Assembly: GCA_963733175.1 (NCBI GenBank)
Contig: CAVTCL010000003.1
Location: forward strand, 11,640 to 75,639
DNA: 64,000 nucleotides
Origin: an uncultured Actinomycetota bacterium
GTDB lineage: Bacteria; Actinomycetota; CALGFH01
Reading direction: 5' to 3'
Of the stretch, positions 1 through 10,099 are shown piece after piece. The position numbers were made by a program, and so were the translations under genes. Every line of letters begins with the position of its first letter. The stretch's first letter is position 1. The notes beneath the pieces are model-generated. The model did no database searches, was not told where the DNA came from, and worked only from the letters and a program-made list of their open reading frames with translations.

Positions 1-689
1 AAGGTGATCAGGTCGACCCCCGGGTCCTCGGTCAGGGCCTGGCCGGCCTCGCCCGGCCCGAACCCCTGGACGACGTTGAGCGTCCCCGGCGGCAGGCCGG
101 CCTGGCCGGCCAGCAGGCCGAGGCGGTGGCAGGACGCCGGCGACTGCTCGGCCGGCTTGAGCACGACGGTGTTGCCGAAGGCCAGGGCGGGGGCGACCTT
201 CCAGCTGGCCAGCATGAGGGGGAAGTTCCAGGGCGAGATGGCCGCGGCCACGCCGACCGGCTCGTGCCGGGTGTAGACGTGGTGGCCGGTCGGCGAGGGC
301 AGCGCCTCGTCGGTGGCCAGGGCGGCGTAGTCGGCGAAGAAGCGGAAGTTCAGGGCCGCCCGGTGGGCGTCGTTGTCGCGGGCCTGGCGGATCGGCTTGC
401 CCATGTCGGTCGAGTCCAGCCGGCCGAGGGCGCCGGCCTGCTCCTCGATCAGGTCGGCCAGCCGGTGCAGGGCCGCCCCGCGCTCGGCCGGGGCCATCCG
501 CGGCCAGGGCCCGGCGTCGAAGGCGCGCCGGGCGGCGGCAACGGCCGCCGCCGCGTCCTCGGCCGACCCGCGGGCCACCCGGGCCCAGGCCGCCTCGGTG
601 GCCGGGTTGACCGACTCGAAGGTGCGGCCGTCGGCCGCCGGCCGCTCCTCCCCGTCGATCAGGTGCGGGATGTCGACCAGCTCGCTCAT
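1..689 (-). CDS. NAD-dependent aldehyde dehydrogenase, 2-hydroxymuconic/2-aminomuconic semialdehyde dehydrogenase type; C-terminus lies beyond the window start
   Basis: Minus-strand translation begins MSELVDIPHLIDGEERPAADGRTFESVNPATE...GKPIRQARDND...ISPWNFPLML..FGNTVVLKPAEQSP, the classic ALDH N-terminal half; ATG at 689 overlaps the stop of the upstream HAD gene (ATGA). Confidence 0.85.
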   Translation of the reverse strand, partial: MSELVDIPHLIDGEERPAADGRTFESVNPATEAAWARVARGSAEDAAAAVAAARRAFDAGPWPRMAPAERGAALHRLADLIEEQAGALGRLDSTDMGKPIRQARDNDAHRAALNFRFFADYAALATDEALPSPTGHHVYTRHEPVGVAAAISPWNFPLMLASWKVAPALAFGNTVVLKPAEQSPASCHRLGLLAGQAGLPPGTLNVVQGFGPGEAGQALTEDPGVDLIT

Positions 690-1345
690 GGGGTCCCTCC
701 GTCGTCGGACGCCAGGCCGAGGGCGTGGCGGACCTTCCGGTAGCTGTCGTCGGGCCGGGTGACGTCGAACCAGACGGCCGCCATGCCGGCGGCGGCGGCG
801 CCGGCGGCGTTGGCCGGCTGGTCGTCGACGAACACCGCCTGGTCGGGGGCGACCCCGAGGCGGTCAAGGACCAGCCGGTAGGCGGCCGGCTCCGGCTTGC
901 GGGTCCCGTGCCGGGAGGCGTCGACCACGCAGCCGACCTCGGCCAGGACCCGGATCCTGTCGATCCATGCCTGGTCGTGGAAGTCGTAGAGGTCGTTGGT
1001 GAGCACCGCCGTCTCCAGGCCGCGCCGCCGGGCGGCGGCGACCAGGTCGCGGGCCTGGGGGCGGACCAGCTCGGCCTCGGGCCCGTCGAACAGCCGGGCC
1101 ATCATGGCCGGGACCCCGTCGGTGCCCGAGACCGCCGCCACCTCGGCGGCCCGGGCCGCCCAGTAGTCCCGCTCGCCCAGCTCCCCCGCCTGCATGGCCC
1201 GCCACAGCGGGTCGGCGGCCGGGTCGAACGGCCCCCGCCAGGCGAAGGTGCCCGGCGGCACCCGCAGCGACCGCTCCATGGCGGCCACCCGCTCGAACGG
1301 GGTCACCAGCACCGGCCCGCCGAAGTCGAGCACCACCGCCTTCAC
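686..1345 (-). CDS. HAD-superfamily hydrolase, paralog 1
   Basis: VKAVVLDFGGPV...FVDDQPANAAGAAAAGMAAVWF; DxG at the N-terminus and a C-terminal DD motif; GTG start overlaps the Rieske ferredoxin stop (GTGA). Confidence 0.7.
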   Translation of the reverse strand: MKAVVLDFGGPVLVTPFERVAAMERSLRVPPGTFAWRGPFDPAADPLWRAMQAGELGERDYWAARAAEVAAVSGTDGVPAMMARLFDGPEAELVRPQARDLVAAARRRGLETAVLTNDLYDFHDQAWIDRIRVLAEVGCVVDASRHGTRKPEPAAYRLVLDRLGVAPDQAVFVDDQPANAAGAAAAGMAAVWFDVTRPDDSYRKVRHALGLASDDGGTP

Positions 1346-1719
1346 CGGTCGCCGCCCCGGGCCGGGATCCCCTCGCGGGCGTGGTCGAGGAGGAGCTCGC
1401 GCCAGGAGCGGGGCGGCGGGGCGGGCGGGACCGTGACCCGGACCTCGCCGTCGACCACCCGGACCGGGTAGCTGGCCACCGCCAGGCCCGGCTGGCCGAG
1501 CCGCCGGCCGCTGCGGACGTCGTAGCGCCACCAGTGCAGCGGGCAGACCAGCACCTCGCCGTCCAGGTAGCCGCAGGCCAGGGACCCGCCGCGGTGCAGG
1601 CAGGTGTCGTCGAGGGCGAACAGCTCCCCGCCGGCGTTGCCGACGGCCACCCGCCGCCCGGCCGCCTCCAGCAGCCGCACCGACCCGGCGGGGAGCTCCT
1701 CGACCCGTCCCGCCGCCAC
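1342..1719 (-). CDS. Rieske [2Fe-2S] ferredoxin
   Basis: CLHRGGSLACG...CPLHWW Rieske cluster motifs (CXH / CXXH); about 125 aa. Confidence 0.75.
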   Translation of the reverse strand: MAAGRVEELPAGSVRLLEAAGRRVAVGNAGGELFALDDTCLHRGGSLACGYLDGEVLVCPLHWWRYDVRSGRRLGQPGLAVASYPVRVVDGEVRVTVPPAPPPRSWRELLLDHAREGIPARGGDR

Positions 1720-1744
1720 CTCGACCGGCTCCGGCGAGGTCCGG

Positions 1745-1969
1745 TCATGCGTCGCCCTCGGACGGGCCGGGGTCGACCGGGCCCCTGGCCACCGAGTAGG
1801 GGACGCCGCCGATGCCCCACAGGTCCGGGTCGACCTCGTTGACCAGCACCCGGACCCGGTCGATGGGCGTGTCCAGGGTGCGGGCGACGACCTGCGACAC
1901 CTCCTCGACCAGCCGGATCAGCACCGCCTTGTCGCGGCCGCGGACCAGGTCGATGCGGACGAGGGGCAT
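1745..1969 (-). CDS. 4-oxalocrotonate tautomerase family protein
   Basis: MPLVRIDLVRGRDKAVLIRLVEEVSQVVARTL; N-terminal Pro-1 after Met; about 74 aa. Confidence 0.8.
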   Translation of the reverse strand: MPLVRIDLVRGRDKAVLIRLVEEVSQVVARTLDTPIDRVRVLVNEVDPDLWGIGGVPYSVARGPVDPGPSEGDA

Positions 1970-1988
1970 GGGTCCTCCTTGGGTCGGG

Positions 1989-2777
1989 TCAGCGGACGGC
2001 CAGCTCCACGGTCCCCAGCCGGCCCAGGCGGGCCACGACCACGTCGCCTGGCGCCACCGGCACCGCCTCGGTGAGCCCGCCCGACAGGACCACGTCCCCG
2101 GCGGCCAGGCCGCGCCCCCGGCGGTGGAGGGCCCGGACCAGCCAGGCCACGGCCGCGGCGGGGTGGCCGAGGGAGGCCGCCCCGGCGGCGGTCGCCCTGA
2201 CCTGCCCGCCCAGCTCCAGGACGCAGCCGACCAGGCGCAGGTCGATGCCGTCGACGGCCTGGCGGACACCCCCGAGGACCAGGCGGGCGGCCGAGGCGTT
2301 GTCGGCGACCACGTCGGGCAGGGTGAAGGCGTAGCCGGCGTAGCGGGAGTCGATCACCTCGATCGCCGGGGCCACGGCGGCGGTGGCGGCCAGCACCTGG
2401 GCGGCCCCGACGCGCTCCCCGGCCAGGTCGGTGCCGAGCAGGAAGGCGATCTCGGGCTCGACCCGGGGCTGGATGAGCCGGCCGGTGTCCAGCGGCTCGC
2501 CGACGTCGAGCAGCATGGCGTCGGTCAGCTCGCCGTAGAGCGGCTCGGCCACCCCCATCTGGGCCTGCTTGGCCCGGCTGGTCAGCCCGATCTTGTAGCC
2601 GGCCGGGCGCTCCCCCGCCGCCACCAGCAGCCGCACCCCGGCCTCCTGGACGGCGTAGGCCCCCTCGAGGTCGAGCCCGGGATGCTCGGCGGTCAGGCCG
2701 GTCCCGGCGGTGCGGCCTTCCCGCAGCCCGGCCAGCTGCCGGGCCAGGGCCTCCGGGTCGACGCCGGGGTGGCTCAC
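1989..2777 (-). CDS. 2-keto-4-pentenoate hydratase / 4-oxalocrotonate decarboxylase (MhpD fold), copy A
   Basis: 262 aa; [24 protein letters not shown]... typical MhpD/XylI/XylJ family; GTG start overlaps the aldolase stop (GTGA). Confidence 0.8.
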   Translation of the reverse strand: MSHPGVDPEALARQLAGLREGRTAGTGLTAEHPGLDLEGAYAVQEAGVRLLVAAGERPAGYKIGLTSRAKQAQMGVAEPLYGELTDAMLLDVGEPLDTGRLIQPRVEPEIAFLLGTDLAGERVGAAQVLAATAAVAPAIEVIDSRYAGYAFTLPDVVADNASAARLVLGGVRQAVDGIDLRLVGCVLELGGQVRATAAGAASLGHPAAAVAWLVRALHRRGRGLAAGDVVLSGGLTEAVPVAPGDVVVARLGRLGTVELAVR

Positions 2778-3817
2778 GCCGGCTGCTCCCGCGCGGCCGG
2801 CTGGCCCGCCGGGGTTGCCTTGCGGGCCAGCTCCAGGGCGACGTCGAGGATCATGTCCTCCTGGCCGCCGACGATGCGGCGGCGGCCGAGCTCGAGCACG
2901 ATCTCGCCGACGTCGACCCCGTAGCGGGCCGCGGCCCGCTGGGCGTGGAGCAGGAACGACCCGTACACCCCGGCGTAGCCGAGCAGCAGGCCGGCCCGGT
3001 CGATCACCCCCATCTCGGGCCGCAGCGGGCGCACCAGGTCCTCGGCCACCCCCATCGCCTCCAGCGGGTCGACCCCGGTGGTCAGGCCCAGCTTGTCGCA
3101 GGTGGCCACCAGCACCTCGGTCGGGCAGTTGCCGGCGCCGGCGCCGAGGCCGGCGCAGCAGCCGTCGAGCTGGTCGGCGCCCACCTCCAGGGCGGCCAGC
3201 GAGTTGGCCACGGCCAGCGACAGGTTGTTGTGGGCGTGGTGGCCGACCTGGCAGCCGAGCCCCTCGGCGAGCGTCCCCACCCGGGCCCGGGCGTCGGCGG
3301 TGGTCATGGCCCCGGCCGAGTCGACCACGTACACGCAGTCGGCCCCGTAGGACTCCATCAGCCGGGCCTGCTCCAGCAGCGCCGCGGGCTCGGCCATGTG
3401 GGCCATCATCAGGAACCCGACCGCCTCCATGCCGAGCCGCTTGGCCAGGCGGATGTGCTGGGCGGAGATGTCGGCCTCGGTGCAGTGGGTGGCGATCCGG
3501 GCCACCTGGACGCCGCGGTCGGCCATGTCGCGCAGGTCGTCGGCGACGCCGATCCCGGGCAGCAGCAGCACCGCGATCCGGGCGGTGGTGGCGGCGGCGA
3601 CCGCGGCCGAGACCAGGTCGCGCTCGTCGGTGCCGGAGAAGCCGTAGTTGAACGAGGAGCCGCCCAGCCCGTCGCCGTGGCTGACCTCGATCACCGGCAC
3701 CCCGGCGGCGTCCAGGCCGCGCACGATCGAGGTCACCTGCTCGGTGGTGTAGCGGTGCGACAGGGCGTGGGAGCCGTCGCGCAGGGTCGAGTCGGTCAGC
3801 CGGAAGGCGGCGCTCAT
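2774..3817 (-). CDS. 4-hydroxy-2-oxovalerate aldolase
   Basis: [19 protein letters not shown]...[45 protein letters not shown], the DmpG/MhpE/BphI signature; ATG overlaps the acetaldehyde dehydrogenase stop (ATGA). Confidence 0.9.
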   Translation of the reverse strand: MSAAFRLTDSTLRDGSHALSHRYTTEQVTSIVRGLDAAGVPVIEVSHGDGLGGSSFNYGFSGTDERDLVSAAVAAATTARIAVLLLPGIGVADDLRDMADRGVQVARIATHCTEADISAQHIRLAKRLGMEAVGFLMMAHMAEPAALLEQARLMESYGADCVYVVDSAGAMTTADARARVGTLAEGLGCQVGHHAHNNLSLAVANSLAALEVGADQLDGCCAGLGAGAGNCPTEVLVATCDKLGLTTGVDPLEAMGVAEDLVRPLRPEMGVIDRAGLLLGYAGVYGSFLLHAQRAAARYGVDVGEIVLELGRRRIVGGQEDMILDVALELARKATPAGQPAAREQPA

Positions 3818-4728
3818 ACCGGCACCTCCCGGTCGGCCCGCGCCTCGGCGATGGCCTCGCCGACCCGGACGGCGGCCGAGGTCATGATGTCGAGGTTGCC
3901 GGCGTACGGGGGCAGGTAGTCGCCGGCGCCCTCGACCTCCAGGAGGGCCACCACCCGGGCGGCGGCCGGCCCGCCCGGGGTCGCGTACGGCCCCTCCTCG
4001 AACACCGGTGGGCGCTTGAGCCGGTAGCCGGGCACGTACCTGGCGACCCGGGCCACCATGTCCTCGACCGCCTCGGCGACCGCCGCCTCGTCGTAGCCGT
4101 CGGGCAGGGCGCAGAACACGGTGTTGCGCATCAGGATCGGCGGGTCGGCGGGGTTGAGGATGATGATCGCCTTGCCGTGGCCGGCCCCGCCGACCTCCTC
4201 CAGGGAGCGGGCGGTGGTCCGGGTGAACTCGTCGATGTTCTGTCGGGTGCCCGGCCCGGCCGAGCGCGAGGCGACGGTGGAGACGATCTCGGCGTACGGC
4301 ACCGGGCTGGCCGAGGCCACCGCGGCCACGATCGGCGCCGTGGCCTGGCCGCCGCAGGTGATCAGGTTCATGTTCGGCGCGTCCAGGTGCTCGGTCAGGT
4401 TGACGCCTGGCACGACCGGCGGGCCCAGCCTGGCCGGGGTCAGGTCGACGGCGGTGATGCCGGCGGCGGCCAGCCGGGGCGCGTTGGCGGCGTGCACCCG
4501 GGCGCTGGTCGCCTCGAAGGCCAGGTCGATCTCGCCGGCATGGTCCTCGACCCAGTCGATCCCGGAGGCGGTCGCCTCCACGCCCAGCTCCCGGGCCCGG
4601 GCCAGGCCGTCGGACGCCGGGTCGATGCCGACCAGGGCCCGCAGCTCCAGCGACGGCGAGCGCAGCAGCTTGTGCACCAGGTCGGTGCCGATGTTGCCGG
4701 ACCCGATGACCACGCACGACAGCGTCAC
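3814..4728 (-). CDS. acetaldehyde dehydrogenase (acetylating), DmpF/MhpF type
   Basis: [17 protein letters not shown]...[16 protein letters not shown]; 304 aa; GTG start overlaps the hydratase copy B stop (GTGA). Confidence 0.9.
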   Translation of the reverse strand: MTLSCVVIGSGNIGTDLVHKLLRSPSLELRALVGIDPASDGLARARELGVEATASGIDWVEDHAGEIDLAFEATSARVHAANAPRLAAAGITAVDLTPARLGPPVVPGVNLTEHLDAPNMNLITCGGQATAPIVAAVASASPVPYAEIVSTVASRSAGPGTRQNIDEFTRTTARSLEEVGGAGHGKAIIILNPADPPILMRNTVFCALPDGYDEAAVAEAVEDMVARVARYVPGYRLKRPPVFEEGPYATPGGPAAARVVALLEVEGAGDYLPPYAGNLDIMTSAAVRVGEAIAEARADREVPV

Positions 4729-5429
4729 GAGCTTCCTCCCCGGTGGACGACCAGGCCGACCGGGCCCAGCCAGTCGAACTCGGCCCGGAACACGTCGCCG
4801 TCGGCCAGCGGGACGGCGGCGTGGAGGGCGCCGGTCATGACCACGTGGCCGGCCTCCAGCGTCGCCCCGAGCGGGTGCAGGGTGTTGGCCAGCCAGGCGA
4901 CCGCGTGCAGCGGGTCGCCGAGGGCGGCCGCGCCGGCGCCGGTGCCGACCAGCTCGCCGTTGCGGGTGACGGCCACCCCGGCCAGCCCCGGGTCGACCTG
5001 GTCGAGGGGGACCAGGCGGCTGGACAGGGCGATGGCGGAGCTGGAGGCGAGGTCGGCGATGGTGTCGGCCAGCCGGATGCGCCAGTCGGCGATCCGGGAG
5101 TCGATGATCTCCATGGCGGCCACCGCCCCGGCGGCCGCCCGGCGGACGTCCAGGGCGGTGCAGTGGGGGCCGGCCAGCGGGGCCGCCAGGACGATGGCGA
5201 TCTCGGCCTCGACCTTGGGCTGGATCAGCCGGTCGAGGTCGACCCGGACGCCGTCGGGATGGACCCCGCCGGCCAGCACCGGGCCGTAGTCGGGCTCGTC
5301 GATGCCGAGCTGCTCCTGCATGGCCCGGCTGGTCAGGCCGAGCTTGTAGCCGACGACCTCGCCCTGGCCGTCGGCCTGGAGCAGCTCGACCAGGCGGCGC
5401 TGGACGGCGTAGGCCTCGGCGGCGGTCAT
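4725..5429 (-). CDS. 2-keto-4-pentenoate hydratase / 4-oxalocrotonate decarboxylase (MhpD fold), copy B
   Basis: [17 protein letters not shown]...[26 protein letters not shown]; 234 aa. Confidence 0.8.
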   Translation of the reverse strand: MTAAEAYAVQRRLVELLQADGQGEVVGYKLGLTSRAMQEQLGIDEPDYGPVLAGGVHPDGVRVDLDRLIQPKVEAEIAIVLAAPLAGPHCTALDVRRAAAGAVAAMEIIDSRIADWRIRLADTIADLASSSAIALSSRLVPLDQVDPGLAGVAVTRNGELVGTGAGAAALGDPLHAVAWLANTLHPLGATLEAGHVVMTGALHAAVPLADGDVFRAEFDWLGPVGLVVHRGGSS

Positions 5430-5528
5430 CTCCGGCCGCTCCGCCGGTCAGCGGCGGGACCGGGACCCGGTCGCGCCGGGCCCGGTACAGGGCCTGGGCA
5501 AGGTCCTCCACGGGCACCCCGGGCGCGG

Positions 5529-6329
5529 TCACGAGGCCCCTCGCACCCTGGAGCGCCAGCCGAGCTGGTCGGAGATGGCGTCGGCGGCCTCCATGACCGA
5601 GGCCCGGAAGAAGCGGCGCAGGGTGTCGCCGTTGACCCGCATCACCGGGCCGGCCACGCTGACGGCGGCGATCACCTCGCCGCGGGCGTTGCGGACCGGG
5701 GCGGCGACGCTGGCCACGCCGACCTCGCTCTCGCCGATGTTCTCGGCCCAGCCCTGGGCCCGGACCCGGTCCAGCTCGGCCCGGAGCTGGTCGAGGACCC
5801 AGATGGTGGCGTCGGTCTTGCGCTCGGGCCGCCACCCCTCCAGCAGCGCCGCCAGGCGCCGCTCCGGGATGTTGGCCAGCAGCACCTTGCCGGTGCTGGT
5901 GCAGTGGGCCCAGTTGCGGTGGCCGACCCGGCCGAAGAGCCGCAGCGTGTGCGGGCTCTCCAGGCGCTCGACGTAGACCACCTCGCGGCCGTCCAGCACC
6001 GCCACCTGGACCGTCTCCTTGGTGGCGTTGCGCAGCTCCTCGAGCACGGTGGTGGCGGCGTCGTGCAGGACCCGGTGCACCGACACCCTGGCCCCCAGCT
6101 CCCACATCATCAGCCCCAGCCGGTAGGTGCCGGTGGCCGGGTCGTGCTCCAGGATCCGCTCGGCGGTCAGGGTGGCCAGCAGCCGGTGCACGGTCGACTT
6201 GCCCAGCCCCAGCCGCCGGGCCAGCTCGGTCACCCCCAGCGACCCGTCGGCCGTGCCGAACTCCTTGAGCAGCCGCGCCGCGTTCTGCACCGACGTGAGC
6301 GTCGCCCCGTCCCGCCGCGCGCGATTCAC
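5529..6329 (-). CDS. IclR-family transcriptional regulator
   Basis: N-terminal helix-turn-helix [24 protein letters not shown] plus a C-terminal IclR effector domain; GTG start; 266 aa. Confidence 0.8.
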   Translation of the reverse strand: MNRARRDGATLTSVQNAARLLKEFGTADGSLGVTELARRLGLGKSTVHRLLATLTAERILEHDPATGTYRLGLMMWELGARVSVHRVLHDAATTVLEELRNATKETVQVAVLDGREVVYVERLESPHTLRLFGRVGHRNWAHCTSTGKVLLANIPERRLAALLEGWRPERKTDATIWVLDQLRAELDRVRAQGWAENIGESEVGVASVAAPVRNARGEVIAAVSVAGPVMRVNGDTLRRFFRASVMEAADAISDQLGWRSRVRGAS

Positions 6330-7084
6330 CCTGACCCACCTGGTTCTGGGGCCCCTGAACGGGAGGGTAGCCCACTCGGGTGGGAGGTGCCCTCGGTTGT
6401 CCCCAGGGCCTTGACCAGGGCGGCCCGGATGGCGGCGGGGTCGGTGGCGGCGGCGACGGCCTGGTCGCCGGGGGCGAGCTCGCGGGCCAGGAGGGCCTGG
6501 GCGCGGACCAGGCCGGCGGTGGTGGCCCCGGCGAGCTCGTCGACCAGCTCCTGGCGGCCCGGGGCGCGGGCCCGGATCGTCTCCAGCTCGCGGGCGGCGG
6601 TGGCGTGGGCGCTGGCCAGGCCGGTGCCGGCGTGGGTGGCGTGGTGCGGGGTGAGCTGGGAGCCGGGCTCGACCACCAGGTGGTACAGGTAGGTCCCGAC
6701 CCCGAGCACGCGGCGGACCTCCTCGGGGGCGGGCCCGTCGGTCTCGGCGACCAGGCCGAGCACGGGCAGCACCACCGGGTCGAAGAAGCGCAGCCGCCAG
6801 GCGAGCCCGTCGGCCTCCCCGGCCACCTCGACCTCCTGGCCGGCCGGGGCCGGGAACCGCTCGCCGGTCCCGATCACGTGCAGGTTGCGGGCCCCGGCGG
6901 CGGCCACCGTCAGCCGCGAGGCCGCCAGCAGCGGCAGCCGGGCCTGCTCGGCCGGTGGCAGCAGCCGGGCCTGGGCCAGGTAGGCCTCGTGCACGGCGGC
7001 CACGAAGTCGGCCATGGCCTGGCGCATCTGCTCCGGGCCGGCCGTCGCGGCCGGCGCCTGGGGCGGGAGGTCTGGCTGGGGCAT
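6326..7084 (-). CDS. hypothetical protein
   Basis: ORF from [36 protein letters not shown]; no domain recognised; sits between the IclR gene and the divergent catechol 2,3-dioxygenase promoter; the start choice is uncertain. Confidence 0.4.
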   Translation of the reverse strand: MPQPDLPPQAPAATAGPEQMRQAMADFVAAVHEAYLAQARLLPPAEQARLPLLAASRLTVAAAGARNLHVIGTGERFPAPAGQEVEVAGEADGLAWRLRFFDPVVLPVLGLVAETDGPAPEEVRRVLGVGTYLYHLVVEPGSQLTPHHATHAGTGLASAHATAARELETIRARAPGRQELVDELAGATTAGLVRAQALLARELAPGDQAVAAATDPAAIRAALVKALGTTEGTSHPSGLPSRSGAPEPGGSG

Positions 7085-7187
7085 GGTCTGGCGACCATAG
7101 CCCACGTTCCTCCATGCGGGAAGGGACGCTATCCCGCGGAGCGGGACGCCCGTACCTTCTTCCAAGCCGCCCGGACAAGGAGCGCGC

Positions 7188-8100
7188 ATGGGGATCCTCC
7201 GCCTGTCGCACGTGGACGTGCGCGTGCCCGACCTCGACCTCGCCAGCGCCTACTACACCGAGGTCATGGGCCTGCTCGAGGTCGAGCGGACGGCCACCGA
7301 GGTGTTCCTCAAGTGCTGGGACGAGACCGACCACCACTCGGTCAAGCTGAGCTACGCCCCCCGGGTCGGCCTGGACCTGATCAGCTTCAAGGTCGAGGCC
7401 GACGAGGACCTGGCCGACCCTGGAGTCGCGGGTCGAGCGCTACGGCTTCCCGGTGCGCCGGGTCTCCCGCGGCGAGTCGGTCGGCCAGGGCGAGTCGATC
7501 CGCTTCGAGACCCCGTCGGGCCAGATGATGGAGCTGGTCCGCGAGGTCGAGCGGGTCGGCGGGCTGCTGCCCAAGCTCAACCCGCCCCCGTTCCCGCCCC
7601 AGGACCTGCGCGGCATCGCCCCGCCCCGCATCGACCACGTCCTGGTCACCGCCGAGGAGGTCGGCGAGGCCACCCGCTTCTACATGGAGGTGCTGGGGTT
7701 CCGGCTGACCGAGCAGCTGCTGGACGGCAACGGCCACCAGATCGGCGTCTGGATGGAGCGGTCCCACTCCCCCCACGACCTGGCCGTGGTCACCGGGGCC
7801 AACGGCGGGCTGCACCACTTCGCGTTCTGGCTGGACGACTGGGACCACGTGCGCAAGGCGGCCGACATCCTGGCCTACAACGGCGTCCAGATCGACGTCG
7901 GCCCGACCCGCCACGGCATCACCCGCGGCAACACCATCTACTTCTTCGACCCCCTGGGGACCCGCAACGAGGTGTTCACCGGCGGCTACCGGCCCGACCC
8001 GGACTTCCCCACCATCACCTGGACCGAGGACAACATCGGCCGGGCGATCTTCTACTACGAGGGCGACCTGAACGAGCGGTTCATGAAGGTCCACACCTGA
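7188..8100 (+). CDS. catechol 2,3-dioxygenase (extradiol, vicinal oxygen chelate), copy 1, with an apparent +1 frameshift
   Basis: MGILRLSHVDVRVPDLDLASAYYTEVMGLLE... continues in another frame from about 7420 (..GESIRFETPSGQMMELVREVERVGGLLP...HHFAFWLDDWDHV...); an extra C in gaccctggag at 7417-7420 relative to copy 2. Confidence 0.75.
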
Positions 8101-8101
8101 G

Positions 8102-9013
8102 ATGGGGATCCTGCGCCTGTCGCACGTCGAGGTCCGGGTGCCGGACCTGGAGCTGGCCACCGCCTACTACACCGAGGTGCTGGGGCTGCTGGAGACGGGC
8201 CGGGACGCCGAGCGGGTGTTCCTCAAGTGCTGGGACGAGCACGAGCACCACTCGGTGATCCTGCGCTATGCCGCCACCTACGGCCTGGAGCACATGGGCT
8301 TCAAGGTCGAGCACCCCGACGACCTGGAGCACTTCGAGCAGCGGGTCGAGAAGGACGGCGGCCAGGTGACCCGCCACGCCCGCGGCGAGCTCGCCCCCGG
8401 GCACGGCGAGGCCATCCGCTTCCAGACCCCGACCGGGCACCGCTGCGAGCTGGTCTGGGGGATGGAGAAGGTCGGCAACCTCCTCCCCCGCACCAACCCG
8501 CCGCCGCGGCCGCTGGGGCTGGTCGGGATCGCCCCGCCGCGCCTCGACCACATCTTCGTCACCGCCGAGGACGTCGACGAGGGGACCCGGTTCTTCCGCG
8601 AGGTGCTGGGGTTCCGGCTGACCGAGCAGATCCTGGCCGACGACGGCCACCAGCTCGCCACCTGGCTGGAGGTCTCCCACACCCCCCACGACATCGCCCT
8701 GGTCACCGGGCCCAACGGGGGCCTGCACCACTTCGCCTTCTGGCTCGACGACTGGAACGAGGTCCGCACCGCCGCCGACACCCTGGCCTACCACGGGGTG
8801 CCGATCGACGTCGGCCCGACCCGCCATGGGGCCACCCGCGGGTTCGCCGTCTACTTCTTCGACGCCGCCGGCAACCGCAACGAGGTGTTCACCGGCGGCT
8901 ACTGGGTCGACCCCGACCACGAGCCCGTCACCTGGACCGAGGCCGAGATGGGGCGGGCCATCTTCTACTACGAGGGCGCCGTCAACCAGCGGTTCCTGAC
9001 CGTGCACAGCTGA
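8102..9013 (+). CDS. catechol 2,3-dioxygenase, copy 2 (intact)
   Basis: 303 aa MGILRLSHVEVRVPDLELATAYYTEVLGLLE...LHHFAFWLDDWNEV...; full-length XylE/DmpB-type; tandem to copy 1. Confidence 0.9.
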   Translation: MGILRLSHVEVRVPDLELATAYYTEVLGLLETGRDAERVFLKCWDEHEHHSVILRYAATYGLEHMGFKVEHPDDLEHFEQRVEKDGGQVTRHARGELAPGHGEAIRFQTPTGHRCELVWGMEKVGNLLPRTNPPPRPLGLVGIAPPRLDHIFVTAEDVDEGTRFFREVLGFRLTEQILADDGHQLATWLEVSHTPHDIALVTGPNGGLHHFAFWLDDWNEVRTAADTLAYHGVPIDVGPTRHGATRGFAVYFFDAAGNRNEVFTGGYWVDPDHEPVTWTEAEMGRAIFYYEGAVNQRFLTVHS

Positions 9014-9340
9014 CAGGGAGGGGAGGCGAGATGGCCGAGGACCCGCCGCTGCCGCGGACCGAGCGGCCCGACGCGCCCCTGTACCTGGCCAGCTACCTGC
9101 GGCGGCGGGCCAGGGCGGCCGCTCCCGAGCCCGGCGGCGAGCCGGCACCGGCCGAGGCCGGGGCCGACGCGGCCACGCCGCTGTACCTGCGCCGGTTCCG
9201 GGAGCGGCGGGCCGACCCGGACGCCCCCGACGCCCCCCCGCCGGTCTGGAACGGCGAGCCGCTGGAGGTGACCAGGGCCTGGGCCGAGATCACCCGGACC
9301 AAGGAGATCGTCCCCGAGACCGGGCGCCGGCGCCTTCCGG

Positions 9341-10099
9341 GTGGCCGCCCAGGTCCACATCATCCGCCACGGCGAGACCCAGGGGTACTCGACCGAGAGC
9401 GGCCTCACCCCCCTCGGCGGCTGGCAGGCCCACCGGCGCGGCTTCGACCTGTCCAAGGGCATCCGCGACGGCGAGCAGGTCCGGATCGTCTGCGCCGACA
9501 CCAACCGGGCCCGCCAGACGGCCGAGCACCTCCACCGGGGCCTGCTCGACGGCCTCGACCTGTGGCGCCGCGACGCCAAGGTGGCCGAGCCGCGGCCCAT
9601 GGCCGAGTTCCGCAACTTCCAGGTCGCCACCCCCGACGGCCTGCGCGACGTGACCAGCGCCTTCCGCATGTACCACGCGCTGGCCGAGCGGTACGAGCGG
9701 GTCGCCCTCGGGGACCGGCCGATGTGGCTGGTCGAGGTGGACCGGTTCTGGAACGTCCAGCAGGGCGGGGCCGACCCCATCCACCACTGGATGACCATCC
9801 CCATGCTCCACTTCGAGCCGCCGGCGAGCTGCGTGCGCCGCTTCTGGGCCGGCTTCCAGCGCCTGGTCGACGAGGCCCCCGGGGCCCGGATCCTCTGCGC
9901 CACCCACTCCGGCCCCATCCGCGCGTTCGCCGCCTGGGCGGTCGGCTACGATCCCGGCGAGCCCTACAACACCGAGGAAGTGCTGGTGAAGCTGAAGGAG
10001 GGCGGCGGCGAGGCCCTGGTCGCCTACCGCAACCGGGTCCAGGAGGTCCAGGTCCCGCCCACCGGCGAGCGGCCCGACTGGTGGGAGGGCATCCGGTGA
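9341..10099 (+). CDS. histidine phosphatase family protein (phosphoglycerate mutase-like)
   Basis: VAAQVHIIRHGETQGYSTESGLTPLGGWQAH...CATHSGPIRAF; RHG catalytic motif; GTG start; stop overlaps the next gene (GTGA). Confidence 0.75.
   Translation: MAAQVHIIRHGETQGYSTESGLTPLGGWQAHRRGFDLSKGIRDGEQVRIVCADTNRARQTAEHLHRGLLDGLDLWRRDAKVAEPRPMAEFRNFQVATPDGLRDVTSAFRMYHALAERYERVALGDRPMWLVEVDRFWNVQQGGADPIHHWMTIPMLHFEPPASCVRRFWAGFQRLVDEAPGARILCATHSGPIRAFAAWAVGYDPGEPYNTEEVLVKLKEGGGEALVAYRNRVQEVQVPPTGERPDWWEGIR

Noticed and set aside
126-1820. Long overlapping ORFs on both strands (126..743 +, 725..1471 +, 864..1820 -, 1381..1842 +) across the aldehyde dehydrogenase/HAD/ferredoxin genes
   Set aside because: They translate to Arg/Gly/Pro/Ala-rich low-complexity strings typical of non-coding frames in 72% GC DNA. 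The true genes are identified by conserved motifs in one frame only.
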